Shown: positions 17,265-25,478 of the stretch, piece after piece | How positions within the stretch are numbered: position 1 is the stretch's first letter | How the letters are laid out: the number at the start of each line of letters is the position of its first letter | DNA from: an uncultured Dehalococcoidia bacterium | GTDB taxonomy: Bacteria > Chloroflexota > Dehalococcoidia > Lucifugimonadales > JAGWBF01 | Direction of reading: 5' to 3' | Length of the DNA stretch: 39,472 nucleotides | Assembly: GCA_964457285.1 (NCBI GenBank) | Contig: CAYWGG010000002.1 | Coordinates: 7,542-47,013 of the forward strand | The notes under the pieces: generated by a model | What the model was told of the DNA's origin: nothing | The model's database searches: none | What the model saw: only the letters and a program-made list of their open reading frames with translations | Position numbers and translations under genes: made by a program

Positions 17265-17381
17265 GGTATCTCCTTGTGTCTTGGGCCATCAAGGTAGACA
17301 GGCAGATATAGGATATGGAAACCCGATTAGCGTAAAGGAGTTTACCAGAGTCGAATCCAGGATTCAAGGGGCTATGCGTTT

Positions 17382-18416
17382 TCACAGACTCACCACGCTA
17401 TCTACCATAATGGCTGTAAAGATCAGGGCCAGATATAGTAACGAGTAGAGGTACAACAACCGCTCCGGGTGCTTATCCGCAGCCGTCCTGCTCCCTTGCG
17501 TGCCCTGCACCTCATGGGCCTGTGCTGGGCCTATCGGCGGGGTCGCGGAAACTAAGCGCCAGGCCAGGTACAGGAAAATGGAGCCCAGGGCCAGAGCCCC
17601 AGAAAAGTATATCCACCCCACTGCCTGGACGGTGAAGAAGGGGAGAATAGTGAGAGCCACCACCGCTACAGTGTAGGCCATGATACTTCGCCGGGTGGCC
17701 GTTACGCCTCTGACCACAGGCAACATGGGAATGCCAGCGCGGGCATAATCTTCCTTTATTAGCAGCGCCAGGGCCCAGAAGTGAGGGGGTGTCCAGAGGA
17801 AAATGATGCCAAAAAGGTACAGGGCCGGAAGGTCCAACCCGCCTGTGACCGCAGCCCATCCTGCCAGCGGAGGTACTGACCCAGCAGCGCCGCCAATGAC
17901 GATGTTGTGATGGGTGGAGCGTTTTAGCCACCAGGTATACACGAAAACGTAGAAAAGGGTGCCGCTCAGGGTCAGAGCGGCGCTCGGCAAATTGACCCAG
18001 GTAGCTAGCAGGACAAAGGCGAAAAGGTTGAGCAATACGCCAAAAGCCAACGCTGCGCCTGGGGAGATACGCCGTCCGGGCAGGGGCCGTCGGCGAGTCC
18101 GGATCATGAGCCCGTCAATGTCCCGGTCCAGATAGTGGTTGATGGCGCTGGCTCCCCCCGCCGCCGTGGCGCCACCTAGCATCAACAAGACTGTTGTCCC
18201 TACCGGCGGAAGCCCCTGGGCCGCTAAGAACATTCCCCCAAGGGCCGTTATCAACAATAAGAGTATGATGGGAGGTTTGGTCAGGGTCAGATAGTCGGAC
18301 GCGACAGATACTACAGCTGTTTGAAAGGCCGTGGGTTTTGGCCAGAGCGATACCTGCCCTGAGCAAAGCCGGAGTAGCCTGCCCTGAGCCAGCCGGAAGG
18401 AGCTTGACTTAAGCAC
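17382..18416 (-). CDS. ctaB: protoheme IX farnesyltransferase (heme O synthase), start uncertain
   Basis: UbiA-family core (YLTLTKPPIILLL..., NHYLDRDID, WTPPHFWALAL). The ORF is open to 18539 and overlaps ctaA by 131 nt. The GTG at 18416 overlaps the ctaA stop by 8 nt and is my preferred start. GTG 18425 is also possible. Confidence 0.85.
   Translation of the reverse strand: MLKSSSFRLAQGRLLRLCSGQVSLWPKPTAFQTAVVSVASDYLTLTKPPIILLLLITALGGMFLAAQGLPPVGTTVLLMLGGATAAGGASAINHYLDRDIDGLMIRTRRRPLPGRRISPGAALAFGVLLNLFAFVLLATWVNLPSAALTLSGTLFYVFVYTWWLKRSTHHNIVIGGAAGSVPPLAGWAAVTGGLDLPALYLFGIIFLWTPPHFWALALLIKEDYARAGIPMLPVVRGVTATRRSIMAYTVAVVALTILPFFTVQAVGWIYFSGALALGSIFLYLAWRLVSATPPIGPAQAHEVQGTQGSRTAADKHPERLLYLYSLLYLALIFTAIMVDSVVSL
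18353..18397. repeat. tandem direct repeat cctgccctgagc(a/c)a(a)gccgga x2 at the ctaA/ctaB junction
   Basis: Units at 18353-18373 and 18378-18397. On the minus strand they are read as SFRLAQGRLLRLCSGQ in the ctaB 5' extension. Confidence 0.7.
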
Positions 18417-19482
18417 GGCTAACACCCTTGATCCTTCTGCTACCCTCAGGAGAGGGGCCAGCCCGGCTCGACTCTGACTCCGTTCTGAGGGAAGCCGAAG
18501 GAGAGATAAACACCAGGACTCCCAACGTTGACAGGCCAACCCACACCAGGGTGGCCACCGCCAGGTGCAAAAGACGGGGAGCTATTGGGAAGCCTGTCCA
18601 TACGACCAGCGCCCCCACTATCACCTGGACTAGAAAGGCCACGCCTACCACTGCCGCCGCCCATGCCAGAGCCCGATACTGATGCTTACGATGCCACGCC
18701 AGCACCAAGACCGTCACTATTAGCACGCCCGCCAGTAGAGCTACAACCCGGTGGACCATGTGCATCATGGGATAGTACCCTTCTGGCAGAAAGCTCCCCT
18801 GGCAAATGGGCCACCATTGGCCGCAAGAGGCGGTAGCGCCGGATACCGTCACATAGGAGCCCGTCAGTAGCAACGCATAAACGGCCATCACCGACACCGG
18901 TGTCAAGGTACGTAGCCAGTCCCGCCCCTTTTCCGGGGCTTCAATCGAGATGGGTACAGTGTCACTAAAGCCAGGTGTGGGGGTGCCAGGTCTGGCCTGC
19001 CCTGATGGCAGGGCGACCATGAAGACCACCACCATAGACGCCATCAGCGCTTCAGCCGTAGCCAGGTGTGCCAGCACGATTTCCGATGGTAGCTCCCTTA
19101 ACACCGTGAAGCCACCTAGCAACACCTGAGCTACCAGCAGGGCCACCCCAAGGGTAGCGGGAACAAGGAGCCTGGGCAGGCTCCTGTAAGACCTCCAGGC
19201 TATCAGGGCTGTCGCCACCACCAGTACACCAACCACGGAGGCCATGAGCCGGTGGGAGTATTCGATGAGGGTCTGAGTGTCCGTCGGAGGGATGACCCTG
19301 CCGTGGCACAGAGGCCAGTCGGGGCAACCGAGACCCGACCCCGTTAGCCGCACCACGCCGCCCAGGGTCACAAGGGCGAAGATAGATAGCACCGTGGCGG
19401 CGGCCAGGACTCGAAATGCCCGGCCAGGCCGCGGAGTGTTTCCAAGCGATATGGGGTGGTGAGAGCTGAAAAGCCTTCTCAA
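18409..19482 (-). CDS. ctaA: heme A synthase (COX15/CtaA family), TTG start
   Basis: 357 aa, with GGVVRLTGSGLGCPDWPLCHG and a second Cys pair (CGQWWPIC), and conserved His in TM helices. Confidence 0.88.
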   Translation of the reverse strand: MRRLFSSHHPISLGNTPRPGRAFRVLAAATVLSIFALVTLGGVVRLTGSGLGCPDWPLCHGRVIPPTDTQTLIEYSHRLMASVVGVLVVATALIAWRSYRSLPRLLVPATLGVALLVAQVLLGGFTVLRELPSEIVLAHLATAEALMASMVVVFMVALPSGQARPGTPTPGFSDTVPISIEAPEKGRDWLRTLTPVSVMAVYALLLTGSYVTVSGATASCGQWWPICQGSFLPEGYYPMMHMVHRVVALLAGVLIVTVLVLAWHRKHQYRALAWAAAVVGVAFLVQVIVGALVVWTGFPIAPRLLHLAVATLVWVGLSTLGVLVFISPSASLRTESESSRAGPSPEGSRRIKGVSRA

Positions 19483-19584
19483 ACTAAGCCACCTGCGCTA
19501 GAAAGCACGAGTCATTTACCTTGCGGTTGCCTGTGAGTCGCATTGCATGGAAACTACGTGTTTCTGGGCGCTCAGACTACCTCT

Positions 19585-19613
19585 ATCATAAGCATCCCAG
19601 ACCAGCCTGTCCA
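19585..19613 (-). promoter_or_regulatory. candidate promoter for the cta cluster
   Basis: Minus strand TGGACA, 17 nt, TATGAT, about 100 nt upstream of the ctaA start. Confidence 0.25.
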
Positions 19614-19773
19614 GCAAAAGAGGGCAAGGCAAGTTTGTGCAATTTTTCACTAACGTCCCTACCAAGCTACCATCGCTGAGGAGGATTGTCAATCTGTATC
19701 GAGGAAAAGTGGCAAGAGGACTCTATTACAACTATAATTTCTTTAGTCAAGAGTCGAGGCTCAGGAGGTTAAA

Positions 19774-20229
19774 ATGATTCAGCTCAAGAGAATAGGGCAT
19801 GTGCTATTGAGGGTGGCTGATATGGAACGGTCCAGAGGGTTTTACACAAGAGTGCTGGGGTTTGAAGTTGTGGAGGAGGACGCCGAGCATGGGGGGGTAT
19901 TCATGACCCTCGGAGAGTACGGCCATACGGTAGACCTCGTGCCAATTGACGATCCCCGATCTGTCCAGCGGCCCTCCACCAATGTGGTCGGCGTCGCTCA
20001 TATTGCCTTCCAGGTAGACAGCTATGAGGCGCTGAAGGAGGCCTATTTCTCCCTCCAGGACCAGGGGGTTGTGGTGGACCAGGCCGTAGACCACGTGAGC
20101 CAGAAGAGCATTTACTTCCATGACCCGGATGGCAATCGGCTGGAGATTTACTATGAGCTGGCCAATGCACTGGAGCTGTTCCGCCAGGGTCGCCAGGACC
20201 GGGATGAGCCGCTAGTCTTCAAGCGGTAA
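19774..20229 (+). CDS. VOC-family protein (glyoxalase / extradiol dioxygenase fold)
   Basis: 151 aa, with IGHVLLRVADMERSRGFYTRVLGF, HIAFQV and YFHDPDGNRLEIY. Strong GGAGG SD. Confidence 0.8.
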   Translation: MIQLKRIGHVLLRVADMERSRGFYTRVLGFEVVEEDAEHGGVFMTLGEYGHTVDLVPIDDPRSVQRPSTNVVGVAHIAFQVDSYEALKEAYFSLQDQGVVVDQAVDHVSQKSIYFHDPDGNRLEIYYELANALELFRQGRQDRDEPLVFKR

Positions 20230-20277
20230 GGGCCGTATGTATGTATGATTGAAGTCTCCTGAGAGGGGCGCAAGTCT

Positions 20278-20982
20278 GTGAGAGGCAATATGATCAACGC
20301 CAGTAAGTTCCAGGTCTTGAGCTTCGATTGCTACGGGACTCTCATTGATTGGGAGAGGGGCATCGTAGAAGCACTGATGCCAGTTCTTTCGGCACGTCAC
20401 ATAGGACTGAGCGATGAGCAGGTCCTCGAGCTTTATGCTGAGCTAGAAGCAGAGGCAGAGCAGGGTAGCTACGTCAAGTACAGAGAAGTTCTCAGGAGAG
20501 TCGTGCAGCAGCTCGGTAGCAAACTTGGATTTGTGCCTTACGCCAGCGAGCTAGACTGCATCGCGGATTCCCTGAAGAGCTGGATACCTTTTCCCGATAC
20601 GGTTGAGGCATTGGAAACCCTGAAGCGAAGGTTCAGGCTTGCCATCATCTCTAATATAGACGATGACCTCTTTGCCTTCTCTGCCCAACACCTCAAAGTC
20701 GAGTTCGACTGGGTCATAACCGCGGAACAGGTAAAAGCTTATAAGCCCTCGTCGGACCCTTTCGAGTACGCTATTGATAGAGTTGGCCTTTCGACAGAGA
20801 GGATGTTGCACATTGCACAGAGCATTTACCATGACATAGTCCCGGCGAAAGCGGTGGGCCTGTCAACGGTCTGGGTCAACAGGAGGAAAGGTAAAAGCGG
20901 GTCCGGGGCAATACCGCCCGCTCAGGGCCAGCCCGACCTGGAGGTGACGGATTTGAAAGCATTGGTCACAATTCTGGGATAA
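20278..20982 (+). CDS. HAD-superfamily hydrolase, type II haloacid dehalogenase-like
   Basis: Nucleophile motif FDCYGTLIDWE, SNID, and KPSSDPFEYA (Lys motif). GTG start at 20278, alternative ATG at 20290. Confidence 0.7.
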   Translation: MRGNMINASKFQVLSFDCYGTLIDWERGIVEALMPVLSARHIGLSDEQVLELYAELEAEAEQGSYVKYREVLRRVVQQLGSKLGFVPYASELDCIADSLKSWIPFPDTVEALETLKRRFRLAIISNIDDDLFAFSAQHLKVEFDWVITAEQVKAYKPSSDPFEYAIDRVGLSTERMLHIAQSIYHDIVPAKAVGLSTVWVNRRKGKSGSGAIPPAQGQPDLEVTDLKALVTILG

Positions 20983-20998
20983 AAGTGAGGAGGTAGAG

Positions 20999-21754
20999 AT
21001 GGCGAGGTTAGATGGGAAAGTAGCGCTGATAAGCGGCGGAGCCAGAGGGCAGGGCGCTGAGGAGGCCAGGATGTTTGCAAGGGAGGGTGCCAGAGTGGTC
21101 CTCGGAGACATCCTGGATGACGAGGGGAGTAGGGTGGAGGCGGAGATAAAGGAGCTGGGCGGTGAGGCTACCTACCTGCACCTGGACGTGACCCAAGAAA
21201 AGGACTGGGAGAAAGCCGTGGAGCTTGCGGAGAGCAGGTACGGCAAGTTGGATGTGCTGGTGAACAACGCTGGTATCACCATTGGCTCTCGTAGCATCGA
21301 AGAGACCCCCATCGCGGACTGGGACCGCATCATGGATGTCAACGTCAAGGGAGTGTTCTTGGGCACCAAACATGCTATTCCTGCCATGCGGCGGGCCGGG
21401 GGAGGCTCTATTATCAATATCTCCTCCACTGCGGGCATTGTGGGAATTGGCCGCTCCGCTGCCTACAGCGCCACCAAGGGAGCGGTGCGCATCTTCACCA
21501 AGGCTACCGCTGTTCAGCACGCCAGGGACAAAATAAGGTGCAACTCCGTCCATCCCGGCCCCGTCAATACCCCCTTTCTACAGGAGCTTCTGGACAATCC
21601 CGCCCTTCTGCAACGGCGGCTAAGCCGTGTACCTCTTGGCAGGCTAGGGACCCCCGAGGACATCGCCTACGGTGTCCTGTATCTGGCGTCTGACGAGTCT
21701 TCTTTCGTTACAGGCGCGGAGCTGGTGATTGATGGGGGCTCGACTGCGGAATAG
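20999..21754 (+). CDS. SDR-family oxidoreductase
   Basis: 251 aa, with GGARGQG cofactor motif, NNAG and the YSATKGA catalytic motif. GAGGAGG SD. Confidence 0.88.
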   Translation: MARLDGKVALISGGARGQGAEEARMFAREGARVVLGDILDDEGSRVEAEIKELGGEATYLHLDVTQEKDWEKAVELAESRYGKLDVLVNNAGITIGSRSIEETPIADWDRIMDVNVKGVFLGTKHAIPAMRRAGGGSIINISSTAGIVGIGRSAAYSATKGAVRIFTKATAVQHARDKIRCNSVHPGPVNTPFLQELLDNPALLQRRLSRVPLGRLGTPEDIAYGVLYLASDESSFVTGAELVIDGGSTAE

Positions 21755-21830
21755 CCGTTCCTGAGTCTGATGGATGGGGGCTGGCGGACCAACCGAATGG
21801 GACAGCTAGTTTGAGTAAAGGAGAAATGTT

Positions 21831-23036
21831 ATGTCAACCAGACCTGAGCTTCAAGGAGAGTTCCAACCACAGGTCCCGTCGCGGGTCATATTCGGCCGTG
21901 AGAAAGTGGCCACACTCAAAGAGGAAGTAGCTAATCTCGGAGGCCGCCGCGTTCTCCTCCTGGCCAGCCGCAGCGTAGCGGAAAAGACCGATGCGGTGCG
22001 CCAGGTGGCTACCATCCTTGGCGACACCTGCGTGGGAGTCTACTCCGGCTTGACCCAGCGGGCACCCCTGAGCACGGCGGTGGAGGCTACCAGGATGGCG
22101 CTCCAGAAAGAGGCGGACACCCTCGTAGGCGTGGGCGGCAGCACTATATCCGATGCCGCCAGGATGATTGCCGTAATGATGGCCGAAGGTATCACCAGCG
22201 AGGAACGGCTGCGCGAGCTGGGCCACCAGCACAAGGGGATGCTCAGCCCGAACCTGGAAGGCAAAAAGCTGCCCTGGCAGGTCTCCATTCCTACGACCCT
22301 TTCCGCTGGAGAGTTTAACACGGGCGGCGGCAACATCCTCGATGACAGGGCCAATCACAAGATTCGAGTACGCCATCCCGCCCTCTTCGCCCATCTCATC
22401 GTCCTGGACCCGGAGATGACCGTGGGTACTCCCGATTGGCTCTGGCTCTCCACTGGGGTGAAAGCCCTGGACCATTGCCTCGAGCGGCTGTACTGCCAGG
22501 GGAGCCAACCCGCTACCGACGCTCCGGTATTGATGGCCGCCGAGCTTCTGTTCAACTACCTGCCGAAGTCAGGAGAAGGATACCATGATCTGGAGGCGAG
22601 GCTACAGTGTCAGATGGCCGCGTGGCTGTCCATGATGGGCGCTCCTAACTTCGCAGTAGGGCTTAGCCATGCCCTGGGCCACGTGATTGGAGTCCGGTAT
22701 GCTGTGGGACACGGGTACACCTCCTGCGTGACTCAGCCCTACGTCATGGAGTATAACCGCCCCACCTCAGCTCATAAGCAGGCCATGTTGGCTCGTTCGG
22801 CCGGATTAGATACCAGGGGAATGAGCGACGAAGCCGCAGCCGAGGCCGCGGCACGAGCCGTGGATGACTTGATCTTGGGGTTGGGGATGCCCCACCGGAT
22901 ACGAGAGCTGGAGGTCCCCCGGGAAGACCTGCCTGCCATCGCTGAGCTTACCTTGCAGGATGGTGGCTCTAGCTCCAATAGCATACCCATCACTCGCACA
23001 GAGCAGGTGATGGAGGTGCTGGAAAAAGCCTGGTGA
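21831..23036 (+). CDS. iron-containing alcohol dehydrogenase family protein (maleylacetate reductase-like)
   Basis: 401 aa, with a GVGGSTISDAARMIA glycine-rich motif and a C-terminal His cluster (HALGHVIG...HG). Confidence 0.7.
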   Translation: MSTRPELQGEFQPQVPSRVIFGREKVATLKEEVANLGGRRVLLLASRSVAEKTDAVRQVATILGDTCVGVYSGLTQRAPLSTAVEATRMALQKEADTLVGVGGSTISDAARMIAVMMAEGITSEERLRELGHQHKGMLSPNLEGKKLPWQVSIPTTLSAGEFNTGGGNILDDRANHKIRVRHPALFAHLIVLDPEMTVGTPDWLWLSTGVKALDHCLERLYCQGSQPATDAPVLMAAELLFNYLPKSGEGYHDLEARLQCQMAAWLSMMGAPNFAVGLSHALGHVIGVRYAVGHGYTSCVTQPYVMEYNRPTSAHKQAMLARSAGLDTRGMSDEAAAEAAARAVDDLILGLGMPHRIRELEVPREDLPAIAELTLQDGGSSSNSIPITRTEQVMEVLEKAW

Positions 23037-23560
23037 CGGTGAGTGAAATGGAGAAAGCAAAAGCGAAGAGGGGGATGCATATGGAAATAGAATGGATGAA
23101 CCATACCGGGTTTGTGGTCAGCGATATGGAACGCTCATTGGCCTTCTACCGCGACCTGCTGGGGCTAAAGGAGGAACGCAATAACATCCTTGAAGGTGAG
23201 TTTATCTCCCAGCTAGTGGGATACCCGAACGCCAGGCTACACATCGTGTACCTGGGTGTGGGGGATGTGAGGCACTCCGTGGAGTTGATCCAGTACCTTA
23301 ACCCTTCTCCCGAGGCGAGCCTTGTCCCTTCGGAACGCAACAGCATCGGGGCCACCCACCTGGGGGTCATCGTGGACGACCTGGACTCCTTTTATGAAGA
23401 ACTCTCCACTAAAGGGGTCAGGTTTGTCAGCCGGCCCGCCGTTCGCGCTGGTGCTGTTTACCCCTTTGCAAGCAAGGGCTGCTACCTCCAGGATCCTGAC
23501 GGCAACTGGCTGGAGCTTTTAGAGCGGCCTCCCGCTCCACATGGCGCAACTCAGGGGTGA
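23033..23560 (+). CDS. VOC-family protein (glyoxalase/bleomycin-resistance fold)
   Basis: NHTGFVVSDMERSLAFYRDLLGL, HLGVIVDDLD and YLQDPDGNWLELL. The ORF opens at GTG 23033, overlapping the previous stop. The ATGs at 23075 and 23081 behind AGAGGGGG are more likely starts. Confidence 0.75.
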   Translation: MTVSEMEKAKAKRGMHMEIEWMNHTGFVVSDMERSLAFYRDLLGLKEERNNILEGEFISQLVGYPNARLHIVYLGVGDVRHSVELIQYLNPSPEASLVPSERNSIGATHLGVIVDDLDSFYEELSTKGVRFVSRPAVRAGAVYPFASKGCYLQDPDGNWLELLERPPAPHGATQG

Positions 23561-23733
23561 GGCAGAATTCTTTCCTGGCACTTCTGGGTGCTCTCCCTTC
23601 ACGACACGGGTGGTGGTACTCTGTGCCGTCGGCCAGCCTTAGTCTATGCTAACATCATACGACCATAGGCTCTCCTAAGGTACAGCAAGCACCCCGGCGT
23701 TGAAAGTCCTGCCAGAACTGCATAGGGAGAAGG

Positions 23734-24786
23734 ATGACTCACGAGAATATACTTATCGTTGATGACTCGCTGGACAGCCAGCTCCTGCTTAAAACATTCC
23801 TGGAGGAGGGAGCGGACTACGTTTGCCATATGGCCTCCAGCGGGGATGAAGCCCTGCAAGTCCTGGCTACCAGGGCAATTGACCTGGCGCTGCTGGACGT
23901 GGTGATGCCTGGTATGACCGGTCTAACCCTCTTCCGACGTATGAGGGAAGTCTATCCAGACGTGGCTGTCATTTTCGTCACGGCCATGGATGACTTGAAT
24001 TTGGCAGTGGAGCACATTAAAAACGGCGCCTATGATTACGTAATCAAACCAGTGGCTCCGGCACGCTTACAGAGGGTAGTGAGAGAGGCTCTGACGAAAC
24101 GTAAAGCCGTCCTAGAGGAGAACCAATATCGCAGACGCCTGGAGGAAGGAACTGCCCTTCGGTTTAGGGAACTGGATGCCGAGCTCCAGGAGTTCAGCTC
24201 CACTGACCATACGCTCCACGACAACTCCTCAGAGGGATTAACAACAGAAGAAGCAGAAGCCGCACAGCGGGGGGTCAGAGGGCCTGTCCTGAGCGAAGTC
24301 GAAGGGACCAACCGGGGAGAGTGGTGGGGAGGCAAGGTATGGCAATTCCTCGTTCCTCAGTCTTGGAAGGGCAAGCCTAACAAGGACACTGAAGAGCCTG
24401 CCCCTTTGCTCCGCTTAAGGCAGGCTCTGAGCGCAGCCGAAGGGATGCCCTGGGGGGAGGCCTTCGGAAGGGCTTCACGCTACCTGGTCTGGCTGATAAT
24501 GTGGGCGTTTCTCTCCGAAGGGTTGCTCGTTGGCGGAGTCATATTTCTGACTTGGGGAATTGAAGACTTCGAATCCAGAAAAGCCAGCGTCGCTCTGGGG
24601 ATAGGGCTTTTGGTGTGGGGACTGGGGCTGATGACTGTCACGGGTATAGCTTTATGGATCAAAGCCAGCACTGATGCTCTAGCTGATCATGTGGAGCGAC
24701 GCATCGTTGCACATCCGGTAGCATCTCCACGAAGACTGAGGAGTTTGCGAAGCTACGCCAGCTCCAACAGGCACAACGTGAGCTGA
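23734..24786 (+). CDS. response-regulator receiver protein with a long linker and a C-terminal two-helix membrane segment
   Basis: The REC residues are all present: IVDDS, the phospho-acceptor in LALLDVVMPG, FVTA, and YDYVIKP. The C-terminus has YLVWLIMWAFLSEGLLVGGVIFL and VALGIGLLVWGLGLMTVTGIALWI. No kinase gene is adjacent. Confidence 0.7.
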   Translation: MTHENILIVDDSLDSQLLLKTFLEEGADYVCHMASSGDEALQVLATRAIDLALLDVVMPGMTGLTLFRRMREVYPDVAVIFVTAMDDLNLAVEHIKNGAYDYVIKPVAPARLQRVVREALTKRKAVLEENQYRRRLEEGTALRFRELDAELQEFSSTDHTLHDNSSEGLTTEEAEAAQRGVRGPVLSEVEGTNRGEWWGGKVWQFLVPQSWKGKPNKDTEEPAPLLRLRQALSAAEGMPWGEAFGRASRYLVWLIMWAFLSEGLLVGGVIFLTWGIEDFESRKASVALGIGLLVWGLGLMTVTGIALWIKASTDALADHVERRIVAHPVASPRRLRSLRSYASSNRHNVS

Positions 24787-24840
24787 CGAACAGAAACATC
24801 TTAGCGCGAAGGTAGTATATCCCTGTATCCGATAACAGAC

Positions 24841-25305
24841 TTATAGCCCAGTGGTCAGGAATTTCCACTTCACACTCACCAGCCCCATAAAGGCGCCTAC
24901 ATCTTCAGAAGAGTTAACAGGCACCTTGACCATCTTCCTACCCCTGTGTCCAGAGGTCCTGGCCACCAGAAGCCGTAGTTCAGGCGCTACCGTCTCAGAT
25001 TCTAGAATGGCTGGCTCCAGCGTCCTCACGCCCACAAACAATGTAGCTCTCAGCCCTGAACGGAAGTTGTGGACATGAAAAAGCTGCCTATCGCCTACGT
25101 AGTAGGCTGGAGTCCACTCACGACAGAAGCCGTCGTACACCGTCCGTTCTTCTACCTCAGGCAGGGATAGAACCATATCACGAAGCCAGGCTAGGATAGT
25201 ACTCTTCGGCTCCTCCATAGCTTTGATGATGCTCAAGACGCCAGGGCCACACTGGAACAGTGGAGCCTGGTCAACCAGTACTGACCTGACTATTCGCCTT
25301 TTCAT
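24841..25305 (-). CDS. hypothetical protein (154 aa)
   Basis: Clean ORF with a GAGG SD and coding-like composition. It faintly resembles DUF1801/DUF3788-type small proteins, but I cannot verify this. Confidence 0.45.
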   Translation of the reverse strand: MKRRIVRSVLVDQAPLFQCGPGVLSIIKAMEEPKSTILAWLRDMVLSLPEVEERTVYDGFCREWTPAYYVGDRQLFHVHNFRSGLRATLFVGVRTLEPAILESETVAPELRLLVARTSGHRGRKMVKVPVNSSEDVGAFMGLVSVKWKFLTTGL

Positions 25306-25378
25306 ACGACCTCGTCTGCCAGCAGCTACTGGGGAGCTTGAGAGATTTCGATTTAGAAAGTGGGCTCTTCAGTCTTTC

Positions 25379-25478
25379 GTGTGGTATAGCCCTCACCCCC
25401 GGCCCCTCTCCCAATGGGAGAGGGGTGGCCGAAGGCTGGGGTGAGGGATTAATCCCACACAAAACTCTGAAGAACCAC
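25379..25478. repeat. nested palindromic repeat (family B) immediately 3' of the binding-protein gene
   Basis: gtgtgg..agccctcaccc[..cctctcccaatgggagagg..ggccgaagg..]gggtgaggg..cccacac, followed by the conserved tail aaaactctgaagaaccac. The paralogous copy is at 36598-36700. Confidence 0.8.
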
